Shown in pieces: positions 1-11,600 of a stretch of 64,000 nucleotides of DNA (its first letter is position 1; every line of letters begins with the position of its first letter). Location of the stretch: NCBI GenBank assembly GCA_032718475.1, contig JAUCBJ010009116.1:62714-126713 (forward strand), read 5' to 3'. This DNA comes from Nemertoderma westbladi (taxonomy: Eukaryota; Animalia; Xenacoelomorpha). The notes beneath the pieces are model-generated. The model was given only the letters and a program-made list of their open reading frames with translations, had not been told where the DNA came from and ran no database searches. The translations under genes and the position numbers were made by a program.

Positions 1-1635
1 GGAATTTATACTGCTCGACCTCGATGTTGGTTGGCCGCCTGGCATTGATATTAATTGACTCTATCACTTGAATGGGGTCGATGGTTGCCCCATAGTCGCA
101 TCCTGGTGCCACTGCTGCAATTGCGCACCGTCCTGTTCTCATCTCCAGGATCTCATCTTTGCTAGAGATGGTTGTTACCGCCATCCTGCTTGGCCTCGTT
201 CTCAATCCTATCTCCTCGGCCACCCATTCCTCGACTAATGTGAAGGCAGCTCCACTATCAACCAGCATTAGTGTTGTTACTGATCGATTGCCTTCCCCGA
301 TCACTCGTACTGGTACTACTCCAAGTAGCACCGTTCCTCTCTTCTTCGCCCCTACTGTGCTCGTCGCCATCGTTTGGCCTCTCCTTTGACCAAATTTCAT
401 TGGCTTCTCCTTGCACTCCCTTGCTCTATGTCCACTCATTACACATCGCGAGCAGATTTTATTGCTGAACGCATAATCTATCTGATCTTGCCTAGGTAGC
501 GCCTGCCAGTACCTGCAGTTCATAGTTTGATGAAGCGCATTTGCGTGTAGCTGACATTTGCTCTTTGGGTCGTAGCCCTCTTTATACAGTGCATTGCGTA
601 TCGCAGTTGCGTTCGTACCAAAGTCCCTACTATTCTTATTGTTTGGGTTTTGCCTATTGGACGTACTGGGGTTATGTTTATTCGTGTTATTATTGTTTCC
701 CTGTCCGTTCCATGATGTTGTCTTATCCTCGGCTAGCTGTGGACTTGCAGTCCCCTGCGTCGCTGCATATGGCAATGATTGCCTGAGTCTCGGTAATGCG
801 TTCGATGTGTTGTGCTCTGGTTTCGGTCTATGGTAGTCTGTCTTCGGTCCCTTTCCCAGGCTGTCTTCGCTATAGACTGGGTCAGTTATTAGTTCAGCCT
901 CGTAGTTTAAGAAGTTTGACATTTCTTCTAAACCCGGTTCCGCACCCTTCTTATCTCGAGTGGAGAAGGCGATTTTCCTCCACTTGTTGCGCAGCCAGTT
1001 TGGTAGTGCCTGCGCTATCGTGGTGATGTTGTTGGACGCATTGAGCTCGTACGGCGCGTCTAGCGTCTTCAGCACGATTAGCGCCTTTTCGACTTTGTTA
1101 GCGAACGTCTTAATGCTAACGGGATTATCCTGTAGGCCACCCGATGTTATGCCTCTCAGCGTCTGCCTGATGATCTTGGCCGGGTGCCCGTATTCCCTAT
1201 CCAGTGCCCGCCATGCTGTCGTGAAGCCGCCCTCTATTCCTTGATATTGCCTCACGATGTCGTATGCTGGGCCTCCCGTGTACACTTGCAGATACTTTAG
1301 GCACTCCGCCTGCGTCAAGTTCTTTGTTAGTATTTCGTTACTATACATGCGCCGAAACTGTAGATATTCTTCCGGCCTGCTCCCATCGAATTTGAATGGT
1401 TCCACGGGTGGTAACTCGATCCTCGTTTTCAACGCATCGATCAACGTGGCCATCCCCATCGCCTGCGCTTCCAATGGATTCGATGGGTGCTGCATAGTTT
1501 CTCCTGTCTGGTGCGTTCCGTCTGTCCTATTTCTTGACTTTCTCTGACTTGGGTATGTCATCGGGGGTAGCGGCCCCCTCCATATGTCTGTATCACACGA
1601 CCTATTCTCATCCAAGGGTCTCGTTGTTCTTGCCC

Positions 1636-3735
1636 CTATCGGGGTATATTGTTGATATTGTGATGGGGGAATGTCACCCTGTCCCCCCCCCCCCCCACCG
1701 GTATGTTTGGTACTGGGGTTGATGTTAATATGTTGGGGCCCATACACCTATCCGCAATAATTCCCCCCTCCCCTGGGTATATGTTATGTCCCTGCATGCT
1801 GTAGTCATACTGCTGTGCTGGTACCGGTATAGGCCTATCAGCTTCTGGCCTACTCGCCGGTATGTATTCCGCGACTTCCGGGTTTAATCCCGTTGTCCAC
1901 GCCATCCTATCGCCTACATTGCCTCTCTCAGTATGGCCTATGGTATGTGCAGTAAGGCCTACAGTATGTCCTACAGTCTGCATGTGTCGCTCGGGATCGA
2001 AGTTTATTCTTCTCGAATAATCCTCCCCGCGGCTACCGTATTCTCGATCGATAGGTGTATTCCGTCGGAAAGTTTCTCTTCGACCCCCCCCCCCTCTACT
2101 GTTCTCGTCTTCGTACCGGTACATCGCGTACCCCTCCATCGGCGCGTAGTGCGCCTCGCCGGGTCGCATCTCTCCGGGGCGACGGCAATCTCCCGGAGTC
2201 CGACCCCACTGACTCTCCGTTCTCATCTCAACTACCGACGGCTCGCTATCCGTCCTCGCTCTTCTATCGTTCGCGGCGATACCTCTACTACTGTCTTCTC
2301 TTCTTCTCCTTTCAGTGGAGTGTTCCCGCTCGTGAGATCTCTCGTCGACCTCCCGGTTAAACCCCACTGTTCTTCTTCCCTCTTCTGATCGGGCTCGACG
2401 CTTCGTCCGCCCTCTTACGACGTCAACCTGTCTCTCTCTGCTCGGTCGCACGCCGCTGGGGATACTCGCAATCCCCCTATTACTTTCCGTCGCCGGTTGT
2501 TGCGGTTTACCTATTTCGGCCCGCGCATTATCCGCTGACGGCTGTGGGACACTCTCTGCCCCCCCCCCTTTCGCCGCTAACTCGCTGTTGTGGGGTTCTC
2601 GTAGCCCCCCCCCCCCCCCCCACTCGCCACATCTAACTTCGCTACTCCTCACCCCGCTACTATATCCCTCTCCAGTCGACACATCAACCCTACCGCGGTC
2701 GGGTCTATTCACCCCCGCCTCTCCCTCTGCTATTGCGTGGCCTACCAGGCCCTCTACTCCCTGCCTACCAACTATGTGGCCTACCAGGCCCTCGCTGGGT
2801 CTACCTAACCCAGCCACTCCCTGCCTACCAACTACGTGGCCTACCAGGCCCTCGCTGGGTCTACCTAACCCAGCTACTCCCTGCCTACCAACTACGTGGC
2901 CTACCAGGCCCTCGCCGGGTCTACCTAACCCATCTATTCCCTGCCTACCAACTACGTGGCCTACCAGGCCCTCGCCGGGTCTACCTAACCCAGCTATTCC
3001 CTGCCTACCAACTACGTGGCCTACCAGGCCCTCGTCTGTCTGGCCATACACGCCCGACGTGTTTACATTAATAGCACCCGTATTGGAAACGGAATTAATT
3101 TGTTCGTTCGAAATAAAATCATTTGAATTATCTTGCGCGACTACACTATCTGAATTATTTTGTAAATTCGGGCTCGCTGAATTATTTAAGTTATTTGGAT
3201 TATTTTGTGTTATTGCATTACTTAAATTATTTTGTAAGTTCGAATTTGGGTTATTACTTTGATTAATTGGATTATTTTGCGTAGCTACATTAATATTAGA
3301 ATTATTTTCTACATTAATATTAGGAATGTTCTGATTTAAATTTAAATTACTACCACTAGGTAAAGTATTTCCTGCAATAAAGGTTTGATTAGAATTGTCC
3401 CATACGGTACTATTAATATTAACCACGTCTACTGTACCATTATCATTATTACCCCCCCCCCCCCCCCCGCCCGTACGGTCACACCAGTTTTGGGTCTGTC
3501 GTGCGGTCCCTGTAAGTGGGGTATTAATAAATGTATCCACGGCCCCCGGCTCCTCAAAAATACTCGAGCCAGCCTCGCTCTCAGACTCCCCCATCTGCGC
3601 CAGTTCCACCTCACGCGTGTGTACAGCTTCATACTCTACGAGTTTGTCTCGCTGTTTCTCCAATTCTTTTCGCTCACGCTCCACTTTTGCTATTTTATCC
3701 ATAGCCTCCCGTTCGGTCTGCTTGGCCAATTCCAT
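1636..3735 (-). CDS. Low-complexity middle segment of BEL gag (Asn-rich tract, 20-aa repeats)
   Basis: 699-aa ORF inside the element, upstream of the conserved Pao gag core. Confidence 0.7.
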   Translation of the reverse strand: MELAKQTEREAMDKIAKVERERKELEKQRDKLVEYEAVHTREVELAQMGESESEAGSSIFEEPGAVDTFINTPLTGTARQTQNWCDRTGGGGGGGNNDNGTVDVVNINSTVWDNSNQTFIAGNTLPSGSNLNLNQNIPNINVENNSNINVATQNNPINQSNNPNSNLQNNLSNAITQNNPNNLNNSASPNLQNNSDSVVAQDNSNDFISNEQINSVSNTGAINVNTSGVYGQTDEGLVGHVVGRQGIAGLGRPGEGLVGHVVGRQGIDGLGRPGEGLVGHVVGRQGVAGLGRPSEGLVGHVVGRQGVAGLGRPSEGLVGHIVGRQGVEGLVGHAIAEGEAGVNRPDRGRVDVSTGEGYSSGVRSSEVRCGEWGGGGGLREPHNSELAAKGGGAESVPQPSADNARAEIGKPQQPATESNRGIASIPSGVRPSRERQVDVVRGRTKRRARSEEGRRTVGFNREVDERSHEREHSTERRRREDSSRGIAANDRRARTDSEPSVVEMRTESQWGRTPGDCRRPGEMRPGEAHYAPMEGYAMYRYEDENSRGGGGRRETFRRNTPIDREYGSRGEDYSRRINFDPERHMQTVGHTVGLTAHTIGHTERGNVGDRMAWTTGLNPEVAEYIPASRPEADRPIPVPAQQYDYSMQGHNIYPGEGGIIADRCMGPNILTSTPVPNIPVGGGGDRVTFPHHNINNIPR
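2737..3035. repeat. 60-bp coding tandem repeat, about 5 copies (GEGLVGHVVGRQGIAGLGRP)
   Basis: Lines 2761-3001 are near-identical at a 60-nt period. Confidence 0.95.
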
Positions 3736-3848
3736 CTCTCTCCTAATCCCCTCCCTTCGCCTCGCCTCACGCGCTCTACGCTCACTCTCCTCCCTCGCTT
3801 CACGCTCTCTGCGTTCACTTTCCTCCTTCGCTTCACGCTCTCTCGCGT

Positions 3849-4982
3849 TCAGCTTTTCTCTCTCGCCACACGCTCTTCTTGTTCCTTCAACTCTATTTCA
3901 TCATACTCCCTAAGGCTCCTCACGGCCCTTTCGGCCCTCTCTCTTATCTCTCCAATCGACGCCATTTCCCTCTCCAGCAGCACTCTCCCTTCCTCTAGCC
4001 GTCTACCTACTTCTCTATTACCTTGCACTGCTAGATTGAGACGGTACCTAGCGTCTATCTCTCTCACCCGTCTTTCTTTTGCGGAGGATGTAGCAGACTT
4101 ATCGGTTGTGGAGGATTCCCTCCGCCTTCCCGATCTACTAGCTTTCCCCCTCCTCCCGGAACTCCCTCCGACCGACGAGACCGAATCCGCGGGGTCAGCC
4201 TCGGATTCGCCCTCCTCAGGTCTGTTCCAACCCACTAATTTTACTCCCCGGGCATCGACCAAGTATGGCCCTATGTACACTGACGCTACGCTAGGTTCCA
4301 TACTCCCACATTCCCATAGTTCAAACAGTTCGCTGGCAACCCCTTTTGCTCTCTCCTCGGCTAGTTCTCTCTGCCCAAAACGCATTAGGTAATTAAAGTG
4401 TCTATCCGACTCACCTAGTCGTTTCCTCAGTCTCACCTCGTCTATCTCCGCCCCTTCCTTCTTAGCGTCCTTTATTAGTCTTTGGGTCGCGTTGTAGGCC
4501 CGTCGGAGTCGATCAGAAACCCCGACGTCCTCGTCGCCGATCTTTCTTCCGTCTCTCCGGGTCCGACGTCGTACCGGCGGCCCCACCGTCGCCGTTCCGG
4601 CGGGCCGTCCGTCGCCCTCGGCCTGTGGCTGGCCGGCGACATCGGTACCGATATCTCCTTCGTCTCTCTGCGTCCGGGGCCGCACCGTCGGCCCCACCGT
4701 CGCCGTTTCGGCGGGCCGCTCGTCGCCCTCGGCCTGTGGCTGGCCGGCGACACCGGTGCGTCGACCCCCGTCCCGTGTCGACTCGTCTCCGTCTCCCTCC
4801 GTCTCGCTCTCTCTTTCTCTCGGTTCGACCTCGGGTTCCAGGCCCCCCTCGTCCTGAACTGCCGGATGACCCGTTACCGATGGGTCCGGCGTTGTGGGCC
4901 TGTATCGCCTGGTTGCGGCCTCGCGGATCGTTAGCTCTTCGTCCGGGGTCCGCGTCGGTGTCGTGTCACCTGACCGACTCAT
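3849..4982 (-). CDS. N-terminal segment of BEL gag (E/R-rich, coiled-coil-like); frameshifts into 1636-3850
   Basis: 377-aa ORF starting about 70 nt after the 5' LTR. The adjacent frame (KLNAREREAKEE...) runs open into the 699-aa ORF. Confidence 0.7.
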   Translation of the reverse strand: MSRSGDTTPTRTPDEELTIREAATRRYRPTTPDPSVTGHPAVQDEGGLEPEVEPRERESETEGDGDESTRDGGRRTGVAGQPQAEGDERPAETATVGPTVRPRTQRDEGDIGTDVAGQPQAEGDGRPAGTATVGPPVRRRTRRDGRKIGDEDVGVSDRLRRAYNATQRLIKDAKKEGAEIDEVRLRKRLGESDRHFNYLMRFGQRELAEERAKGVASELFELWECGSMEPSVASVYIGPYLVDARGVKLVGWNRPEEGESEADPADSVSSVGGSSGRRGKASRSGRRRESSTTDKSATSSAKERRVREIDARYRLNLAVQGNREVGRRLEEGRVLLEREMASIGEIRERAERAVRSLREYDEIELKEQEERVAREKS

Positions 4983-5050
4983 CTCTCTTCTGCAGATTTC
5001 GGTGGCTAGTGGTTATTGAGTTTATCTAGGGCGGCAGCTGGTTTAGTTAC

Positions 5051-5587
5051 TGTGACGGGATCCAAGAGGGATCCCGGTTTATCCGGTTTTAGTTCACGCG
5101 TCCCCGCCGTGTATAAAGAGTGAATGAGTTCTGATGTTGTTTGTCGTATATAATATGATATGCGGATATAGATATAGATATAGTATTGTCGTATATGGAA
5201 GGCGGGATACGGTAACTAAAGTCCCGGTCCTTCCCTATCTAAAACTATGTAATAACCTAAACTAGCACCGGTATTGCACTGAGATAACTGAATTGGTATT
5301 ATTACTGCCAAGTGGCTATATTGCACGGTTGGCCTTGTTACTCTACCTAATCGATGCCTTTCCCCCCTCTGATTGGTTGATACCCTTGTTGGCGCCCTTT
5401 GGAGTGTTCCCGTTCACTCCACCTATTCTCTCTGGGTTAGGGGTTTGGCCCCTGACCCTCTTTGTGTGCTTCCTTCCCACTCTTATTGGGATGGCACGAG
5501 TTGGTTAATTATCCAATCTCGTGGCTCCCAATATTGCTTATCGGCTTATAACTTTATGGGGTGTTAGCGGGATTGAATAAGCTAACA
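5051..5587 (-). repeat. 5' LTR of BEL/Pao copy 1 (TG...CA)
   Basis: On + it begins tgtgacgggatc and ends gctaaca. The termini and the blocks cccaatattgctta and actttatggggt are shared with the LTR at 56315-56905. Confidence 0.85.
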
Positions 5588-6090
5588 TTAATGTTGATGG
5601 AAACTTGAGAACCATTGACAATAATCAACTAAGGAAGGTTGACGACTTCCAGTACCTTGGATCATGGATAGAGAGTAGCAAAAAGGACATAGAAGTTAGG
5701 AAAGCAAAGGCTTGGGTAGCTCTATCAAAAATGGATACCATCTGGAAATCAGATCTCTCCAGGCACCTGAAGACTAAGTTCTTTCGAGCCACAGTGGAAA
5801 GTGTATTTTTATACGGGGGTGAGACCTGGACACTGACTAAATCACTTGAACAGCGAATTGATGGTTGCTACACAAGACTACTAAGGGCAGCCCTAAACAT
5901 CAGCTGGAGACAACACATGACAAACGCCGAGCTTTATGGTACAATACCGCCTGTATCAACAACCCTCCGTGAACGCAGATTACGATTCAGTGGGCACTGC
6001 TGGCGAAGTAAAGACGAGGTCATACCAGATCTACTTTTCTGGCAACCAACTCATGGAAAGCGTAGTCGTGGACGACCGGCTATAACATAA
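5588..6090 (+). mobile_element. RTE-clade LINE fragment (C-terminal part of RT ORF)
   Basis: DFQYLGSWI...KFFRATVESVFLYGGETWTLT...RRLRFSGHCWR...RGRP, typical of RTE/RTE-X ORF2 C-termini. Confidence 0.88.
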
Positions 6091-6131
6091 CTTTTTTATT
6101 TAATTCGCGCATAAGAACTTATTTTACCTAC

Positions 6132-6341
6132 CTGGATCTCCAAAAGGAACGAAAATAAATCGCGTAATTTCGTCTGATGTTCCGATTTTGTTCTCGATTA
6201 TACTGACAGACCGACCGACAGCTGCGGAAATGTCGTCTCTCATACTGCCTGTGGTATCCATGACAACGCACAAAGTGGATCCGTGTCGCTTTAAACCCAA
6301 CAGAGTTGAGAATCGCTCGTCTCCAAGGACGACACGTAAAT
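6132..6341 (-). CDS. VWA7: VWA7-like exon 7 (start of the VWA domain); gene continues downstream
   Basis: LCVVMDTTGSMRDDI...FIFVPFGDP, hemicentin/VWA7-type MIDAS DTTGSM; 210 nt, phase 1-1. Confidence 0.92.
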
Positions 6342-7060
6342 CTAACGTGATAATTATCATATTATTAGTAACTAATTAACAAAATGCTTAAAACTTTGCT
6401 GCTTAGTTTTATTGACAAGATAGAGCTATTCATAGATAGGGTATCTTCAACAATAACAAAATCTTACTTTCCTATCATGTATCAATTTACACTTAAAAGG
6501 TGATTAACTTAATAATAATGGTTATAAATTTTTTTATCTATATAAAAACAATAAGTATAAATGAGGATAGTAAAACCGATAGCGGTAGCAATCACTTCCA
6601 CTCAATTTAATAACATAAATAATCGTATTCTATTATTAATAATATATTCTAATGAAATTCGTATTCTTACAAACTATGACCCCTCTCACTCTCACATTAA
6701 TAATAAATATAATATATACATATAAATACATTACTAGGTTATTTTTACCTAGTTACTCCCGACTATGTTAGATATTTATTTTGGAATAATAGTTATTCTC
6801 TTGAGCAACCAGTTTCACGCGTGTGAGGACTTCAGTAACAAGTTGCTCCGTGTGACGGGGGGTGGGTGGGGGTTGTGGGGGGGGGGGGGGGGGGGGGTGG
6901 CCTATGACCAATATTACATTTAATTTAACAAAGCAACAGTCTATCTATCATAGGAATATAGGATACCGGGATACTAAATTAGGTGTGGCAATAAATAATT
7001 ATTTATTGGTAAGATTAGTAAAGTAACTGTAATAAATATCGCTTAGTAAGTTACATGTAC

Positions 7061-7219
7061 CTTCCAACAGCAATACAGATGATCTTACGGCCAGTTCTGC
7101 AGCCAACACGTGTAAATCAAACCTCGGTGATCGTTGTCTGTCTGATGAACATTTATTGATGCCACCAGTGGCAACTACTTTGTCTGTTTTATCTCTGATT
7201 CCGCCGTGGCTGCATTTAC
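7061..7219 (-). CDS. VWA7: VWA7-like exon 6
   Basis: GKCSHGG...GGINK...LHVLAAELA; 159 nt, phase 1-1, AG/GT boundaries. Confidence 0.92.
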
Positions 7220-7507
7220 CTAGAATGTATATATTTAATTTAGATTTGAGTGTGGATTGTTAATATGCGAATATAAAAAACAATAGTGATGGTGTATTTA
7301 ATGCAGACATGTTAGGAGATATGTGGGGCGAGCCATATTTCAGGTGTAGCACACTGTCTATTTGGTTTCATTAGAAAAGCGGTATTTCTTCTGCCGGCCT
7401 GTCGGTTCATCTGTAGAGATGGAGTTGGTAAATGCCCCCCGTGTTTATAGCAAGAACTCACGGCACTAAAATAATCAGCCGTTCCGCTAGGGGCGCTAAG
7501 AACTAAC

Positions 7508-7643
7508 CCTCATCCGTTTTATCTGGAAATTTGGGCTTCTTTATTGGTTGATTATCTTCATCCAGGCTGTTGCTATGGTAACCACTGGTTAACTTATGTC
7601 CAATGACGTTGTCGGAACAGACGTAACCGAGCAACGGTATTTC
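7508..7643 (-). CDS. VWA7: VWA7-like exon 5
   Basis: EIPLLGYVCSDNVIGHKLTSGYH...KKPKFPDKTDEG|gttagt; LTSGY motif; 136 nt, phase 0-1. Confidence 0.88.
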
Positions 7644-7798
7644 CTATAGAAGTGATAAGTAAAGAAGAAGAAAAGAAACAGCAGAAGAAATAAAGTTATT
7701 AAATTAAACAAGTTGACTGAAAGATCTTCGAATAATTCCGTATAATTCCATTATGTATAATTTCGTGCAATGAGACTAAGTCAGTAAATGTTACAAAC

Positions 7799-7966
7799 CT
7801 GACAATTAGAACAAGTTCTATCAGATGGGCCAGCAATGGGTTCTAAGTCTGCCTCAGAACGAGCCAGCTTCTGGTTCAGTAGCTCGCCGCCGTATAACTC
7901 AACCCAATTGGTGTGGGCGTAGAAATCCTGGGCTGTGTGTAACATGTAACCCAATAACACTCGCGC
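7799..7966 (-). CDS. VWA7: VWA7-like exon 4
   Basis: ARVLLGYMLHTAQDFYAHTNWVEL...TCSNCQ, matching the VWA7 LH.LQDFYSHSNWVE motif; 168 nt, phase 0-0. Confidence 0.92.
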
Positions 7967-8616
7967 CTAATATAACACAAGTACTATAGTAACTAGTAAC
8001 TATAGTAACTAGTAACTATAACTAATAATACAATATAATATAATATGTAGCAACTATAATAAATACAACTTATCCATATTCAACTGATATTCATCAGTGT
8101 AACAATTCCAAGTCAACTGTACATGAAACATGATAGTGTTAACGAGCTATTAAACGTCACCAAATAATATCCTCCAAATATGAATCACTCTCGTGGGAGT
8201 TCTAACCGAAAGCTTATCACCAAAAATATTAATCCTCGTGAGTAATATAAGGTAGTAAAGAGAAGGCAGCTGCTCCCATGTGGAACGGGTTGTGTTGGAC
8301 TCAATCAATGAATATATGATTCATGTTGCATTAATTATCAACAACGCTATATATCCTAATAAAATTGATGGGCCACTAAGTTGCAACGAAATAATCCATA
8401 CCTGTCGTATTGGTACAGTAGGTGATGGGTGTCTGACGCAGCCGTAATGGTTAGTTCAGTCCGAAAGGCAAATATCGGTTGATATATAGCGGGTAGTGCC
8501 GATGCTAACTTAGTTATAACTACCGTAAGTATTTTTGAATTGAAACTATTTTACTGTTAGTATCAGTACCACGGTATTAAAATAAACTAATCTCTTATAC
8601 AACTTTCTACCGGTAA

Positions 8617-11600
8617 CTGTTAGGTATGAAACTGAAACTAACCTTGTGGTAGAGATTACTATCTGTTAGGTATGAAACTGAAACTAACCTCGTGGTAGAG
8701 ATTACTATCTGTTAGGTATGAAACTGAAACTAACCTCGTGGTAGAGATTACTATCTGTTAGGTATGAAACTGAAACTAACCTCGTGGTAGAGATTACTAT
8801 CTGTTAGGTATGAAACTGAAACTAACCTCGTGGTAGAGATTACTATCTGTTAGGTATGAAACTGAAACTAACCTCGTGGTAGAGATTACTATCTGTTAGG
8901 TATGAAACTGAAACTAACCTCGTGGTAGAGATTACTATCTGTCAGGTATGAAACTGAAACTAACCTCGTGGTAGAGATTACTATCTGTTAGGTATGAAAC
9001 TGAAACTAACCTTGTGGTAGAGATTACTATCTGTTAGGTATGAAACTGAAACTAACCTCGTGGTAGAGATTACTATCTGTTAGGTATGAAACTGAAACTA
9101 ACCTTGTGGTAGAGATTACTATCTGTTAGGTATGAAACTGAAACTAACCTCGTGGTAGAGATTACTATCTGTCAGGTATGAAACTGAAACTAACCTCGTG
9201 GTAGAGATTACTATCTGTTAGGTATGAAACTGAAACTAACCTCGTGGTAGAGATTACTATCTGTTAGGTATGAAACTGAAACTAACCTCATGGTAGAGAT
9301 TACTATCTGTTAGGTATGAAACTGAAACTAACCTCATGGTAGAGATTACTATCTGTTAGGTATGAAACTGAAACTAACCTCGTGGTAGAGATTACTATCT
9401 GTTAGGTATGAAACTGAAACTAACCTCGTGGTAGAGATTACTATCTGTTAGGTATGAAACTGAAACTAACCTCGTGGTAGAGATTACTATCTGTTAGGTA
9501 TGAAACTGAAACTAACCTCGTGGTAGAGATTACTATCTGTTAGGTATGAAACTGAAACTAACCTCGTGGTAGAGATTACTATCTGTTAGGTATGAAACTG
9601 AAACTAACCTCATGGTAGAGATTACTATCTGTTAGGTATGAAACTGAAACTAACCTCGTGGTAGAGATTACTATCTGTTAGGTATGAAACTGAAACTAAC
9701 CTCGTGGTAGAGATTACTATCTGTTAGGTATGAAACTGAAACTAACCTCGTGGTAGAGATTACTATCTGTTAGGTATGAAACTGAAACTAACCTCATGGT
9801 AGAGATTACTATCTGTTAGGTATGAAACTGAAACTAACCTCGTGGTAGAGATTACTATCTGTTAGGTATGAAACTGAAACTAACCTCGTGGTAGAGATTA
9901 CTATCTGTTAGGTATGAAACTGAAACTAACCTCGTGGTAGAGATTACTATCTGTCAGGTATGAAACTGAAACTAACCTCGTGGTAGAGATTACTATCTGT
10001 TAGGTATGAAACTGAAACTAACCTCATGGTAGAGATTACTATCTGTTAGGTATGAAACTGAAACTAACCTCGTGGTAGAGATTACTATCTGTTAGGTATG
10101 AAACTGAAACTAACCTCGTGGTAGAGATTACTATCTGTTAGGTATGAAACTGAAACTAACCTCGTGGTAGAGATTACTATCTGTTAGGTATGAAACTGAA
10201 ACTAACCTCATGGTAGAGATTACTATCTGTTAGGTATGAAACTGAAACTAACCTCGTGGTAGAGATTACTATCTGTTAGGTATGAAACTGAAACTAACCT
10301 CGTGGTAGAGATTACTATCTGTCAGGTATGAAACTGAAACTAACCTCGTGGTAGAGATTACTATCTGTTAGGTATGAAACTGAAACTAACCTCATGGTAG
10401 AGATTACTATCTGTTAGGTATGAAACTGAAACTAACCTCGTGGTAGAGATTACTATCTGTTAGGTATGAAACTGAAACTAACCTCGTGGTAGAGATTACT
10501 ATCTGTTAGGTATGAAACTGAAACTAACCTCATGGTAGAGATTACTATCTGTTAGGTATGAAACTGAAACTAACCTCGTGGTAGAGATTACTATCTGTTA
10601 GGTATGAAACTGAAACTAACCTCGTGGTAGAGATTACTATCTGTTAGGTATGAAACTGAAACTAACCTCGTGGTAGAGATTACTATCTGTTAGGTATGAA
10701 ACTGAAACTAACCTCGTGGTAGAGATTACTATCTGTTAGGTATGAAACTGAAACTAACCTCGTGGTAGAGATTACTATCTGTTAGGTATGAAACTGAAAC
10801 TAACCTCATGGTAGAGATTACTATCTGTTAGGTATGAAACTGAAACTAACCTCGTGGTAGAGATTACTATCTGTTAGGTATGAAACTGAAACTAACCTCG
10901 TGGTAGAGATTACTATCTGTTAGGTATGAAACTGAAACTAACCTCGTGGTAGAGATTACTATCTGTTAGGTATGAAACTGAAACTAACCTCATGGTAGAG
11001 ATTACTATCTGTTAGGTATGAAACTGAAACTAACCTCGTGGTAGAGATTACTATCTGTTAGGTATGAAACTGAAACTAACCTCGTGGTAGAGATTACTAT
11101 CTGTTAGGTATGAAACTGAAACTAACCTCGTGGTAGAGATTACTATCTGTCAGGTATGAAACTGAAACTAACCTCGTGGTAGAGATTACTATCTGTTAGG
11201 TATGAAACTGAAACTAACCTCATGGTAGAGATTACTATCTGTTAGGTATGAAACTGAAACTAACCTCGTGGTAGAGATTACTATCTGTTAGGTATGAAAC
11301 TGAAACTAACCTCGTGGTAGAGATTACTATCTGTTAGGTATGAAACTGAAACTAACCTCGTGGTAGAGATTACTATCTGTTAGGTATGAAACTGAAACTA
11401 ACCTCATGGTAGAGATTACTATCTGTTAGGTATGAAACTGAAACTAACCTCGTGGTAGAGATTACTATCTGTTAGGTATGAAACTGAAACTAACCTCGTG
11501 GTAGAGATTACTATCTGTCAGGTATGAAACTGAAACTAACCTCGTGGTAGAGATTACTATCTGTTAGGTATGAAACTGAAACTAACCTCATGGTAGAGAT

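Larger units (their letters stand above)
1..5587 (-). mobile_element. BEL/Pao LTR retrotransposon copy 1, 5' part (5' LTR, long gag, protease); continues past the window start
   Basis: Minus-strand translation of about 1450->1 gives Pao gag LPPVEPFKFDG..EYLQF, a CCHC knuckle (CSRCVMSGHRAREC) and the aspartic protease motif LVDSGAAFT. It is collinear with 61870-63309, which carries Pao RT, RNase H and integrase. Confidence 0.93.

Noticed and set aside
3845-3870. Programmed -1 ribosomal frameshift in gag
   Set aside because: No canonical X XXY YYZ heptamer; an indel in the GA-repeat is the simpler explanation.
159-4934. Plus-strand ORFs over the BEL element (also at 58488-63285)
   Set aside because: Antisense shadows of gag-pol; recurrence in both copies follows from sense-strand conservation.
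7569-7582. Perfect X-box GTTGCTATGGTAAC
   Set aside because: It lies within a coding exon (GYHSN codons), far from the predicted promoter; likely coincidental.
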